From Eledone cirrhosa (taxonomy: Eukaryota), in contig OZ024745.1 of NCBI GenBank assembly GCA_964016885.1, forward strand, positions 29,078,001-29,142,000: a DNA stretch of 64,000 bases. The letters are read 5' to 3'. The notes below the pieces were generated by a model, which had not been told where the DNA came from, ran no database searches, and saw only the letters and a program-made list of their open reading frames with translations. The translations under genes and the position numbers were made by a program. This document shows positions 1 through 12,286 of this stretch, piece after piece (the stretch's first letter is position 1; every line of letters starts with the position of its first letter).

Positions 1-437
1 GTCCCCAACCCTCAACAATGAGGATGGGAAGAGACCAAATTTAGTACACTCTGTAATGGTTCAATGAAAAAAATGCATCCAGCACATTCTGTAAGGTGGT
101 TGGCATTAGGAAGGGCATTCAGCCATAGAAAACTATGCCAAATATGGAATGCATGAGTAAGATGGTTGCCTGACCTATTTGATCACGGACCATGACGAAC
201 CTGTCCAACCCATGCTAGCATGAAAGATGGGTGTAAAATAATGGTGATGAAAGGGTTAAAAGATACTTTCTCACGGAACCCTGATCTTTCCTCAGAAGCT
301 AGTTTTAGGAGACATTGATGTGTAGCATACACCTGCTGCTTAAATTACTGTCCTTGTGACAATATTTACATCACCCACCTAAGATATCTTCCATCTCTCC
401 ATTCTAATCTACAGCAGAAACCATCTTCACTTATGAA

Positions 438-560
438 GGAGCATGGCCTAGTGGTGAGAGTGTTAGACTCATGATTGTAAGATCATGGATTCATTCATGG
501 ACTGGATGGTGCATTGTGTTCTTGAGCAAGATGTTTCATTTCATATTGCTTTTCATGATA
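438..560 (+). mobile_element. Second tRNA-derived SINE family; copies also at ~5760-5890, ~18300-18350, ~30345-30485
   Basis: TGGCCTAGTGGT.. head and a recurring TGTGTTCTTGAGCAAGA(C/T).CTT.ATTTCA core. Confidence 0.65.
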
Positions 561-1878
561 GGATTTGAGGCTCTATCATTGAAGCATCCAAGAATCCAAT
601 GAAATTCAACTTTGTAGGAAGCCAGTTAAACTTACATGGGGTGAGCTGTAACAACAAATACACACACACACCTAACATAGTACTTGGGCCTCTATCATTA
701 AAACACTCCCAAAAATCTGAGTTGCAACCTTGTAGGAGGCTAGCTAAACCTCACAGGTGTGAGGCAGATACTGTCAGCCTCTATGCACTGCAACCCCAGA
801 TATTGTCAGCCAATCCTGGTACTGATGGGGTACACCATATATGTGAGGACCAGATATTAATTGATCCTACTTGATTGTACCAGTCGATGTTTTCAACTGC
901 TCACCTTACTGTTACCCAGTACCAGGAGGGGCTCTGATGTGACTGTATCATGGAGTTCACCTCATGGGCAACAGGGTGTGTGGCCAAACAAACAGATGTA
1001 TGTTTTGAGCAGGAGTTGGTGGAGAAAATCAATCTGGCACACGATGAGTTTTGGAGTTTAGTACAAAATCCAATACACAGACATGGATATGGTAGACTGA
1101 CAACACAAATAAATAACTTCTGTTCCAGCCATGGCCACCACCACCATCATCATTTGTGACTCACAGGCCAGCTGAGTTAGTCTAACATCTACTATCATGT
1201 AACAACACTTTATCATCTTGATTCATTACACCGTAGACGGATAGTGGTAGTGGTGGTGGAGGAGGTGAATCTTTGTGGCTAAATATTGCTGGCATAGAAG
1301 AAATGTGCCTGCATCTGTCTATATATGTCTGTGTCTCAGTGTGTAGGTGTATCTGTAAGTGTGTGTAAGTTTATTTATGTATGTGTGTAGTGCAAGGCAT
1401 GCAGCAGTTGCTAGTAGCAGTGGAAGAAACATGCTGCATGTGGAATAGTAGCATTGATGGAATGGAAGGTCTGGGAGGGAAGTGGAAGTAAGTCTGGAAA
1501 GGAGGGATAAATATATATATACACAAATAGAGGTGAGGCACGTAGAAGTGGGTGAGGGGAGTGTAAGTAGGTCAGGGCGGTAGGGATATATATATATATA
1601 TATATATTAGAAAATGTTGGAATTCCAAACATAGAAACTGACTGTAGCAGTCGATTGCTATAAATATCTAAGAAAATGGGTTAGAGTATCCTTATGGAAA
1701 GAAAAAAGTGGTCAGCAGTCACTATGGAGAATTGAACTCAATATCTCTTGAATTCTGAACTAACTATTGATCTGTAGCCTCTGGCAGTACTGTATAGCTT
1801 GGATGTTAACAACCTTCTATACAAACAATTAAAGCACTGGGTAATTTGAAATTCTTTTAGACAATGTAGGAATCCCAA

Positions 1879-2645
1879 ATGCAGAAAATAACTGTAAGGC
1901 TGTTTACATCAAAGAGGTTGGCGCTTGTCAATGGCCTAATTGGAGAATTGCAAACTTGTACGATCCCGAACAAATCCATCCACAACAAACTTCACCTAAT
2001 GGGATACACTATAGAAAGGATGGGTCACAAATCTTGTTTCAGTGGGGCTCTGATTAATTTGTATCCATCAAAAGCATTTGATAGGGCTGACCATCGCTAT
2101 GTGATGGCTGTCTTCGAAGTTGTTGTATTCAGTTTCATTTCCGGATCTCAGTGACATCTGATCAGTCATCAAAGTGAATGACTACATGACTGCCTCTCAA
2201 CATCATGTGCTTTGTCTGTTAAAGGTGTCCTCTTTTGCTGTTTCTCTATGTGTTGGTTCTTAAGCCGTTACTGCAGAAGTTGGAGCTGTTAAAGGGCATC
2301 TCTCTTGAATTGGGATAAGGGATTGCAAGAGCAGTGTCAGCATATATAGATGACATCACAATAATTGTATCGAACTCTATGAAAGTGGAAATAGTTGCCA
2401 CTGTTCTAAAGGAATATGACATGATGTCTAGGCCAAAGACAAACCCTGATAAGTTGATTGGCATGTGGCTCAGCAGTTGGAAAGACAGATCCATGCTCTG
2501 TATAGTGTTGTAGGCCAATGTTAAACTGCTTGGGGTTTGGTTTGGGCCAAACTTCCGGGTGGACAGGATTTAGGACAAAATTATGACCAGGCTAGCCTCA
2601 TCTAGAAATAGGCTGAGAGGAAGCTGTCCTTGAAAGATTAGGTAA
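1879..2645 (+). mobile_element. Degenerate Tx1/L1-like LINE RT fragment
   Basis: QTCTIPNKSIHNKLHL...GALINLYPSKAFDRADH, then GCP..LYVLVLKPLL and SAYIDDITI. Contains frameshifts and stops. Confidence 0.65.
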
Positions 2646-2861
2646 TGTCCCCCTCATTTGGCACTCTTGTAGCAAATAAAAGAAATAATAATAATGAGAT
2701 AGCCTAACTTTGGAAAATGAAAAAGGTAAAGATAGAGCCAATTGTTGTTGATTATCAAGAAAGTACTAGATAACTGAAGAGAACAAGTAGCATGGTACTG
2801 TAGGCTGCAGGTAGCCAGCCCTCTACTCATGCAAGAATCCAGGAGTTCCCACAAAACAGTA

Positions 2862-3930
2862 TGGCAGTATTGGTAAAGCGTCCCTTTACATTCTGAATTT
2901 AAATTCCACCAAGGTTAGCTTTATCTTTCATTTTTGTGGAGTCAATAAAATAAAGTACCAGTTATGCATTGGGGTCAATTACATTGACCCCCTCCCTCTC
3001 AAATAAAAAATATATAATAATATTGGCCTTGTGCCCAAATCAGAAACCACTATTATTTTTCATTGTTTCTTTTTTATTACATCCTCTGTTGTTGTTTTTT
3101 CCCCCCCATTTGTACCGTCCTGTATTGTCCTTAATGTCTTACTTTGTGTAAACCTTGTGGTTAATAAAGAAAGCATTATTATTATAGGGCGGTGAATTGG
3201 CAGTATTGGTAGAGGGTCAGACATGCTTTCCAGCGTAGTTACGTCCCTTTACGATCTGAGTTCAAATGCCGCCGAGGTTAACTTTGCCTTCCATCCTTAC
3301 GGGGTCGATAAAATAAAGTACCAGTAATGTACTGGGTAATTGCTGGCCTTGTGCCAAAAGTAGAAACAATTATTATTATAGTTTATTTTATATTTTTTAT
3401 ATCTTCATTGTTGAATTGGTCTTGCTATTGTGCACTTTTACTCGACCTTATTGTAAACCCCCACAGTCCCTGTCTTTGCATTGTCCCCTAGATGTCGGCC
3501 CTTGTGGCCAATAAATGAAATCATTAGGTGGATTGGCAGTATCGGTAGAGGGTCGGACGCCATGCTTTGACGCATAGCGTTACGGCTCTTGCCATTCTGA
3601 GTTCAAATCCCGCCGAGGTTAACTTTGCCTTCCATCCTTACGGGGTCGATAAAATAAAGTACCAGTAATACACTGGGTAATTGCTGGCCTTGTGCCAAAA
3701 GTAGAAACAATTATTATTATTATTAGTCACACTAAATGTTTGTAGCATGGCCATTTACATTTTGAGTTCAACTCCCACCAAGGTTAACTTTGCCTTTCAT
3801 CTTTCTGGGGTCAATAAAATAAAGTACCAGTTAAGTATTAAGATCAATTTAATTAACTTTCCCCTTCAAATTGTTGGTCTTCTGCCAAAAGTAGAAACAG
3901 ACATACAATTATTATTATTATTATTATTTT
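2862..3930 (+). mobile_element. Cluster of four tRNA-headed SINE copies with a Nin/Deu-like core; more copies at 5565-5742(-), ~17860, ~18005, ~18915, ~27530, ~28320, ~29335, ~35010
   Basis: Recurrent TGGCAGTAT(T/C)GGTA...CTGAGTTCAAAT(C/G)CCGCCGAGGTTAACTTTGCCTT(T/C)CATCCTT..GGGGTCGATAAAATAAAGTACCAG...(ATT)n, with A-box and B-box-like motifs. Confidence 0.8.
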
Positions 3931-5127
3931 CATTATTATATCAATATGGGTGGTTAGTTTCACAATATATTGATTGGTCTGGTCTTCACTAAAAGACACG
4001 ACCCCTGATGCTGCTGTTTTGTCTGTCTACAGACTACTGGTCTAACCTTCTCTCCATTGCTTCTTTTTCTCCTTTACTTTCTCCTTCCTCTTCCTCTCTC
4101 CAGACATTACAAGTCTGTGTCTACCAATAATATAGTAACTTATCATTTTTAGGTCATTTTGACACTATTTAACTGTACATATTTAAGCTTTTGTATTTTT
4201 GATGTGTGTGTATACGTGTATGTGTGGAAAAATGTAAAATGATATATACACATACTTATATATAAGCATATACATATATCACTGTTTTTTATTATCTAAA
4301 AATGTAGTAAGTTTAATTTTTTTGTCTTCTTTCAAATTTATTTAAATATATTATAATTTATGTGTTTGTTTTAAATATATTTTGGGAACAATTTTTTTCC
4401 TTCCTTTGCACATCTGTCAAGGTTATTTTTCAGCATTTAGTTAGATTTTAGTGGCTTTTGAAAGGGTTGATGTGACATTTATCTTCAAGGTTTAATGTCA
4501 CTCTGTTGTACTGATGTTATGACGCACTGAATCTCCTTCACATGTTTACTAAGTGGACAACAGTTAACATCATCACCACCACCAACAACAACATAAAGCA
4601 CTGACCACCTTGCTAACTTGGCGCCACCAAATGACAACGTCTACCAACTGAGAAGTATGAGCTGATAAACCAGAGTTGCCCTAAATGTCAACAAGAAGAG
4701 AATATTGAGAGGGTGACAAGGAATAGATTGGGCAAATAGGAACCACTCCCAACTATAGACTGAAAAGTAGCCACACTTCACCTCCCCTCACCTCTGAGTA
4801 ACTCCATATGCTGGCAGAGTGGTGAAGAAATATCATTTTAGCCTGTCAGCTGGTATATCACATAAGAACTTACATCATTAATGTTTATGCAAGTAGAAAA
4901 AACTTGTCTGATAAGATTGTATCTACGGATTACATATAACAGTGATTACATAATATATAGGATCTGGTGAAATCTAACATACTACTTTCATTACTAAATG
5001 AACACTCTGTTCTACACACACCTACGTGATAACACTAAAGCTGTACTATGTTGAGTACTCAATCCTTCTTACACAAATGTTTATTAATCTATCTCCCCAA
5101 AACTAATAACAGATTTATTAACATGGA

Positions 5128-5308
5128 CTTACTATAATATATATATATATAAATGAGGCAAGTTGTAGGATTGAATACAAGAGAATCACTTTTTAACCTT
5201 GTACTGTAAACCATAAGCCAAACAACGCATCCAATACAGTCATTTTTCTCTTCTATCAGTCTTCTCTTATCATCTATTTACCTGGGCGAAACTGGGTATG
5301 TCAGCTAG
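5128..5308 (+). mobile_element. Short non-autonomous Helitron-like element
   Basis: 3' hairpin TACCTGGGCGAAACTGGGTA followed by ...CAGCTAG|T. The 5' end is AT-rich (TATAATATATA...AAATG) and its position is uncertain. Confidence 0.45.
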
Positions 5309-5323
5309 TATATATAAATATAA

Positions 5324-5358
<35 letters not shown>

Positions 5359-6107
5359 AGCTGTAGGCGCCACGGTAAAAAAGCACTCAGTCGTCACTGT
5401 AAATAAGGTTGGTGGTAGGAAGCCAAAATCAGTTCTGTATGAGCAAGAGATGGTCACCTGACCTGGCATTGCCCATAACAGGGCAACCTGTCTAACCCAT
5501 GCTAGCATGGACGTATAAAACGGTGATGATGATGAAGCGTGGAAAAACGGATGTAAAAATGATAATTGTTTCTACTTTTGGCACAAGGCCAGCAATTATC
5601 CCAGTGCATTACTGGTACTTTATTTTATCGACCCCGTAAGGATGAAAGGCAAAGTTAACCTCGGCGAGATTTGAATTCAGACCATAAAGGGCCGTAACTC
5701 TATACTACAAAGCATGGCATCCGACCCTCTACCGATACTGCCAAATGATAATGACATGATTGTTGGGTTCACAATCATATGATTGTGAGTTTGATTTCCA
5801 GGCTGGGAGATGCATTATGTCCTTGCATAATACACTTTATTTTACGTTGTTCCAGTTTACTCAGCTGTAGAAATGAGTTGCAATGTCATTGAACTATGGT
5901 ATTTTTTTTTTTCAATCGCTTTCAGAAAACCATCCTTAATTGTGTGTGTATGTGTGTGTTTATATTCCGTAGCTGTTTGACAAAAACATTCAGTACTGGG
6001 GGTCAATATGATTGCTCCAGTATGGTCACAGTTTGACCCAGTAAAGAAAAATGTAGACATTTCCACACACAAGCACTCCCACACATGCATAAATCACAAA
6101 CTTGCAC

Positions 6108-6156
<49 letters not shown>

Positions 6157-6466
6157 ATATTTTCACACATACACACACACACAGTTCATGAGACAGATTT
6201 GTGTTTTTTTTTGAAGCAGGGAGGAGGAGGTAGATGAAGAATAGCTATGTTCAGTGGAGGAGGAGGAGGAGGTTGGTACATAGTAAAGGGTATTTGTTGG
6301 AATAAAAGTTGTATTGGGAATATGCCAAGAATGATCTCCACCATAGACAGAGCCAACTGTTGTTGTTTGGGAGGTGTCACGTGCTGGTAATGGTGGTGGT
6401 GATAGTGTTAACAGTGGTGATGGTGGGAGTGGTGTTGGTGGTGTTGGTGTTAGAAGTGGTATGGGT

Positions 6467-7250
6467 GGTGGCAGTGATGGTATTAGCAGTGGTGGTGGTG
6501 ATGGCAGTGATGGTATTAGCAGTGGTGGTGGTGATGGCAGTGATGGTATTAGCAGTGGTGGTGGTGATGGCAGTGATGGTATTAGCAGTGGTGGTGATGG
6601 CAGTGATGGTATTAGCAGTGGTGGTGGTGATGGTATTAGCAGTGGTGGTGGTGATGGCAGTGATGGTATTAGCAGTGGTGGTGATGGCAGTGATGGTATT
6701 AGCAGTGGTGGTGGTGATGGTATTAGCAGTGGTGGTGGTGATGGCAGTGATGGTATTAGCAGTGGTGGTGGTGATGGCAGTGATGGTATTAGCAGTGGTG
6801 GTGGTGATGGCAGTGATGGTATTAGCAGTGGTGGTGGTGGTGGCAGTGATGGTATTAGCAGTGGTGGTGGTGATGGCAGTGATGGTATTAGCAGTGGTGG
6901 TGGTGATGGCAGTGATGGTATTAGCAGTGGTGGTGGTGATGGTATTAGCAGTGGTGGTGGTGGTGGCAGTGATGGTATTAGCAGTGGTGGTGGTGATGGC
7001 AGTGATGGTATTAGCAGTGGTGGTGGTGATGGCAGTGATGGTATTAGCAGTGGTGGTGATGGCAGTGATGGTATTAGCAGTGGTGGTGGTGATGGTATTA
7101 GCAGTGGTGGTGATGATGGCAGTGATGGTATTAGCAGTGGTGGTGGTGATGGCAGTGATGGTATTAGCAGTGGTGGTGGTGATAGCAGTGATGGTATTAG
7201 CAGTGGTGGTGGTGATGGTATTAGCAGTGGTGGTGGTGGTGATGGTGTTA
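6467..7250. repeat. GT-rich minisatellite, unit GGCAGTGATGGTATTAGCAGT(GGT)2-4GAT (24-33 bp)
   Basis: Direct tandem array. All length variants are multiples of 3. Confidence 0.95.
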
Positions 7251-7586
7251 GCGGTGATGTTGAGGTGTATGATGTCCCTCCTTCTCCAGAGGGTCTTCTG
7301 GAGCTCTCCTGCTCATCTTTCACAAAGAAGTGGCCCTGTAAACATCGATCTCTCCAGTGTTGGAGGACCTGTAAAGGCCATGGTCACTGTCTGTTTCTCC
7401 TCCTCCAGATCTACCAAGTAAAAAGACAAAAATTTCATACTATCATCATTATCACCATTCTACAGTAGTTGGCCCTTGCTGGCATGATATATATGTATAC
7501 ACACACACATAAACACACACACACACACATACATATCTACACATACTCATATATGCACTCACACTCATGTATACACCCATCATGCA

Positions 7587-7760
7587 TATGATAGTTGGCT
7601 GAAAAGTTCATACGCTGACCAAGATACTCTCAGGGAATAAGTTAATGAAGTTTATTTTTCAACATAGTCCCTGGAAAGAAACAATGCAGTTATTGATAAG
7701 AAGAGTTGAAATTAATGCATGCAATATATCACCTATGAACTTTTCAGCCTACCCTCAATA
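7587..7760. mobile_element. Mariner-like MITE, copy 1
   Basis: Imperfect TIRs GGCTGAAAAGTTCATA / TATGAACTTTTTCAGCC. Internal sequence shared with 28789-28983. Confidence 0.7.
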
Positions 7761-8221
7761 ATGTCTACACTCACACATTCTAATTTATGAATACTGTATA
7801 AGTGAAGTACTTGTAATTATGAAATATATTTACTGCGTAATAATGATGGTGATAAGAGTGGTTTGAAATCATGCTGTTAGTGCTAATTGTGGTGGTAGTG
7901 ACATTGTTTATAGTGATGATGGTAATGGTGGTGGTGGCTTAAAGTTATAGTGATGGTGGTACTGTCACTGGTAATGGAAGTAGTGTTAATGGTATGATGA
8001 TGATTAATTTTGGAAATAGCTTCATGTTAATGACTTTCTCGTGTGTTGTGTTGTGATTATTCTATTTAACTTGATGGACTTTGGGTATAGCAAGCTGAAA
8101 CTATGCTTTAATGAACAGGGGTGGATGAAGTAGGGGTGGGCATGGTTAGAGATTCTTTACTATTTGTCAGTGGCAGTGATGGTGGTGATGATATTTCTTA
8201 ACAGGATCACAGTGGTGGATA

Positions 8222-8490
8222 TGCACCCAGTATACTCTGTAAAGTGGTAGTGCTTGTACCATGATAAAATGCACTCAGTACACTTTGTAAAGAGGTAGTA
8301 CTGGTGCCACTGTAAAATGCACTCAGTATACTCTGTAAAGAGGTAGTGCTGGTGCCACTATAAAATACACCCAGTACACTCTGTAAAGAGGTAGTGTTGG
8401 TGCTACTGTAAAATGCACCCAGTACACTCTGTAAAGTGGTAGTATTGGTGCCACTATAAAATGCACTCAGTACACTCTGTAAAGTAGTTG
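8222..8490. repeat. 48-bp tandem repeat (~5.5 copies) derived from a SINE/RTE-tail segment
   Basis: Unit CCCAGTACACTCTGTAAAG(A/T)GGTAGTGCTGGTGCCACT(A/G)TAAAATGCA. The same segment occurs singly in dispersed repeats (e.g. ~28110, ~35210). Confidence 0.85.
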
Positions 8491-8690
8491 ACATTAGGAA
8501 AAGCATTCAGCTATAAATATTGAATGTATTGAGACATGTTCCCGATATGTCTTAGAGGTTACTAGGCCCAACTCATGACAACATTGAGGACGAGAAAAAA
8601 TGGAAGTAAAATGATATTTAAAAAAAAATAAAAAAAAAAAATTACTATGACAATAGAAATAAAGTTTATTTTCTTGTGTTTTTCCTTCAG

Positions 8691-8814
8691 ATGGATTTCA
8701 CCTGAGTTTGACAAGAAGCAGGTCAGGTTAGTTGTGTACCTGGACAGTGATTTACGGGGCCGACAACTGCTGTTTGATTCAAAGGCTTTCCCACAGATGG
8801 AAGAGAACACTGAG
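8691..8814 (+). CDS. FNIP: FNIP exon (phase 2->0): WISPEFDKKQVRLVVYLDSDLRGRQLLFDSKAFPQMEENTE
   Basis: Acceptor tttccttcag, donor gtatgt. Matches the start of FNIP_N (EFDxxQIRLIVYxDxxRRGRxxLFDS). Confidence 0.93.
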
Positions 8815-8899
8815 GTATGTTGTGTTGGTTTTATATGTTAAGCACATCTCTTATATTTATATAGATCCTGAGCATTATACATGTATATACATGATAGCA

Positions 8900-9550
8900 T
8901 GACTCTAGTTATATAGATATATACTATGGATACCCTAGTATATATACACTATAGACACCCTAGTTATGTATATATATACACTATAGATACCCTAGTTATA
9001 TAGTTATATATAGGTATACTCTATAGACACCCTAGTTATGTATATATACACTATAGACACCCTAGTTATATATATGTATACACTATAGACACTCTAGTTA
9101 TGTATATATACACTAAAGACACTCTAGTTATGTATATATATATATACACTATAGGCACTCTCGTTATATATATATATATATATATAGGAAAAAGTATGAC
9201 CCCGACAGCAGAGGCCAAGCCGTTTCGACGGCTATTTCTGACTTAATATTTCTGGTCCAGAAATAGCTGTCGAAACGGCTTGAGCTCTGCCGTCAGGGTC
9301 ATACTTTTTCCTATTACCCACTCTACTACCCTAAGTATTGAGTACTCTGGTGCATTATGGTCCATCTGGTTCCTTACCACATTTCCTTCGTTATATATAT
9401 ATATATATAGACACTCTACTTATGTATATATACACTATAGACACTCTAGTTATGTACATATACACTTTATGTATAGATACTCTAGTTATATATATATATA
9501 CACTATAGACACCGTTGTTATATATACTCCATAGATACACTAGTTATATA
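8900..9550. repeat. ~30-bp degenerate minisatellite CTAGTTATGTATATATACACTATAGACAC, interrupted by a hairpin element
   Basis: Tandem copies at 8900-9170 and 9400-9550. Confidence 0.85.
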
Positions 9551-9599
9551 TGTTAACCACATCTTAGTTATTAGTGATAGAATAAGGAAAGGGGGACAA

Positions 9600-10910
9600 T
9601 CTATAGAAGCAGTGTATGGAAACTAAATGACCTCTCTGTTAAAGATAGGTTTGGAAAAGCTCTACATGACATGTATGATGAGAAGCAGGAGTAATATATA
9701 CTATGATATAGAGGATAACTGGAAGTTTCAATGGAACAACCTCCTTCAAGCTACTGAAGAGACCCTTGTCTGGAGCAAAGTACCAGTCTGATGAATATGG
9801 AACAGCATTGTAAATAGAGCTATTAAAGGTAATAGACATGGAATGATTAAGAAAATGGGGGTGTCAAAGAGCAATACCAAGTAGCTAAAAGAAAAGTTAG
9901 ATGAAAGGTTTACATAGCATCTAGAGGTTTGCTAATGTGCTGCGACATGAGGATCATTGGTGTGAAGTGTTCTGTATTATGAAACAATGTGTCAGTGTAA
10001 ATCAGGATGTTGTTAAGGAAAAGTATGTTTCAAATGGCATAGGCACACTTAGAAGTTCACTTGTGCTCAGAAGGAGGAGGTCTGGAAATGCTATGAGAAA
10101 TTAATCAATGTGGAGAATGAGTGGAAGGAAGAGGAACTACCCCAGTAGAGACCAAGCCCCAAACAAATCCATATGAGCAAGACTTGACCTGGTTAGCCTC
10201 ATAATGTGACAACTCATTTAACCCTGGTGATGTTGATCTTGTATGTATGTATGTATATATGTGTGTGTATGTGTAGACTTGCATGCCTTTTTCTTCTTGG
10301 CATCAAACAGGGCAAGTGCTCCACTGTCATTTGAAACACACTTTCCTTCATTTAGCACACTGTCCTACAATCTGGAACACTTCATGCCTCTGATCCTCAT
10401 GACAGAACATGTACAAACTTCTTTTCTGTGGGAAAGTTAAATTCCAGGCACCGAAAAAACCTCCACGAGATTCGAAAGGGTTAACAGTTAACCTAGCAAA
10501 GACTAAAGTCTTAATAAGTTGGAAGGAGGACAGGAAGCTCAATATGTAAAAAAAGGGGTGGGCAGAAACTGCATAAGGTGTACACTGTATGTATGAACCC
10601 ACAAGAGATCTTGTGGGATTATAGGCAGGTTAACTGAGAAAATAGACTCAAGGTAGTCTCAAGAAAACTTAGGATGAAGTAATGAGCATTGGCTATAGAA
10701 AGCTCAACCTCACAACAGAGATGACAAAGGATTGCGAAGATTGTTGTGCTGGTGAAGACCTGTCAACCAGCATAAAACATGACCTGTCCTTATCCGTCCA
10801 CATGCTCCACTTTCACCCTTTAGTAACAATTTGGAGGTCAGTGGCTCTGCTTGAGTATTGACTGGACTATGACATGTCCAATGCATGTAAAACAATGATA
10901 TTAATGATGA
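9600..10910 (+). mobile_element. Old degraded RTE LINE relic, interrupted
   Basis: Decayed fragments WKCYEKLINVENEW (~10083) and SKGLTVNLAKTKVL (~10472), plus an RTE-like 3' tail near 10880-10910. Confidence 0.6.
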
Positions 10911-11548
10911 GTTCCTGTTTAAATTGATGGAGTTTATTTAATTTAATGATTCATTGATCACATCATTTTTTGTAAAGATGCTTCAATCCTCAATTTCCCT
11001 TGATCGTCTCCCTCTTATCACTCCAACCATCAGCGTATTTCATTTTACTTTCATTTAGAATCAATAATAATTTTCATCCATATTTTCTTTAACCATTATC
11101 AAACATATATAGACTAAATTATGGCTTCGTTTTACCTATATATATATCTATCTGTCTTCAGACTGCTATTGGGATTTGTTTTGTTGCTATTGTTGATCTT
11201 ATCCAAAGATAGATACATTGGTTGGTAGATAAGTAGTTAAGTGGTTAAATAGGTAGTAGATAGACAGATAGATAGTTAGGTAGGTCAGTAGGCAAATAGA
11301 TAGATTGATGTTGTTTTTATTGTCTGAAAATTGATACATAGGTAGGTAGTTCAAGATGGCTGTTCTACTGCTGATCATCTTGTCAACACCATGTGTCTGA
11401 GAAAGAGAATTTGGGAAGAAGATATCAAAGGACATTGTCCTTAAATTATCAAACAAATCTAGCCCCCCTCGCACATATTTGATTGTTGTGATGCTTATTT
11501 TACAAATGGATGATTCATATATTGTTAAAAGAATATATATAACTAAAC

Positions 11549-11592
<44 letters not shown>

Positions 11593-12159
11593 AAATACGT
11601 TCCTTCACGCACAAGGCGCCAAGGTACGCATGTATTGTCCAACCAAATGCCAGTGTGGTTCAATGGCGGGTTAATAAATTAACGAGCCAGAACAAATATA
11701 AACAAGGTTTAGTAAATAATGAAAAAGTTTCAAAATAAATTAAAAAAAATTGACTTTACCTACTATAGTTACCTTTACCGATCGGTTTCGAATCCCAAAA
11801 ATAAAACGGAGACCATACGGCCTTTGTTGCAAAGAAAGATTCTGTACCTCCTTTTGCCTCTATCTTTGCTACGGCCCTTGATAAACCTGTTCTACATCAT
11901 CCACTCTCATCCCAGGAACAGTTTTTGATAGCGCTAGTTTGTGATTTAAATTCAGGAATTTTATATTCTTTGAATGAAAAGAACCTTCTGACGAGAATCT
12001 TCCTTTGCAATGAAGGCCGTATGGTCTCCGTTTTATTTTTGGGATTCAAAACCGATCGGTAAAGGTAACTATAGTAGGTAAAGTCAATTTTTTTAAATTT
12101 ATTTTGAAACTTTTTCATTATTTACTAAACCTTGTTTATATATATATATATATATATAT

Positions 12160-12248
12160 TAGTTAAGCAAAGCAAGACCACAAATTTCACAAGGAAGACA
12201 TTATTAAAAGATTGTCAACATATTTTAGTTTGATGTAAGGAATGTAGA

Positions 12249-12286
<38 letters not shown>

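Noticed and set aside
3188-3275. tRNA genes at SINE heads (also ~438 and ~30345)
   Set aside because: A-box and B-box-like motifs are present, but there is no complete cloverleaf and each continues into a SINE body.
4055-4140. Polypyrimidine tract + CAG at ~4103 as an upstream FNIP exon
   Set aside because: No FNIP-like peptide and only a weak donor. It more likely belongs to a retroelement tail.
6309-7468. Plus-strand Gly/Ser-rich and Val-rich ORFs (364 and 370 aa)
   Set aside because: They are alternative frames of the GGT-derived minisatellite, with no FNIP similarity and no convincing splice sites.
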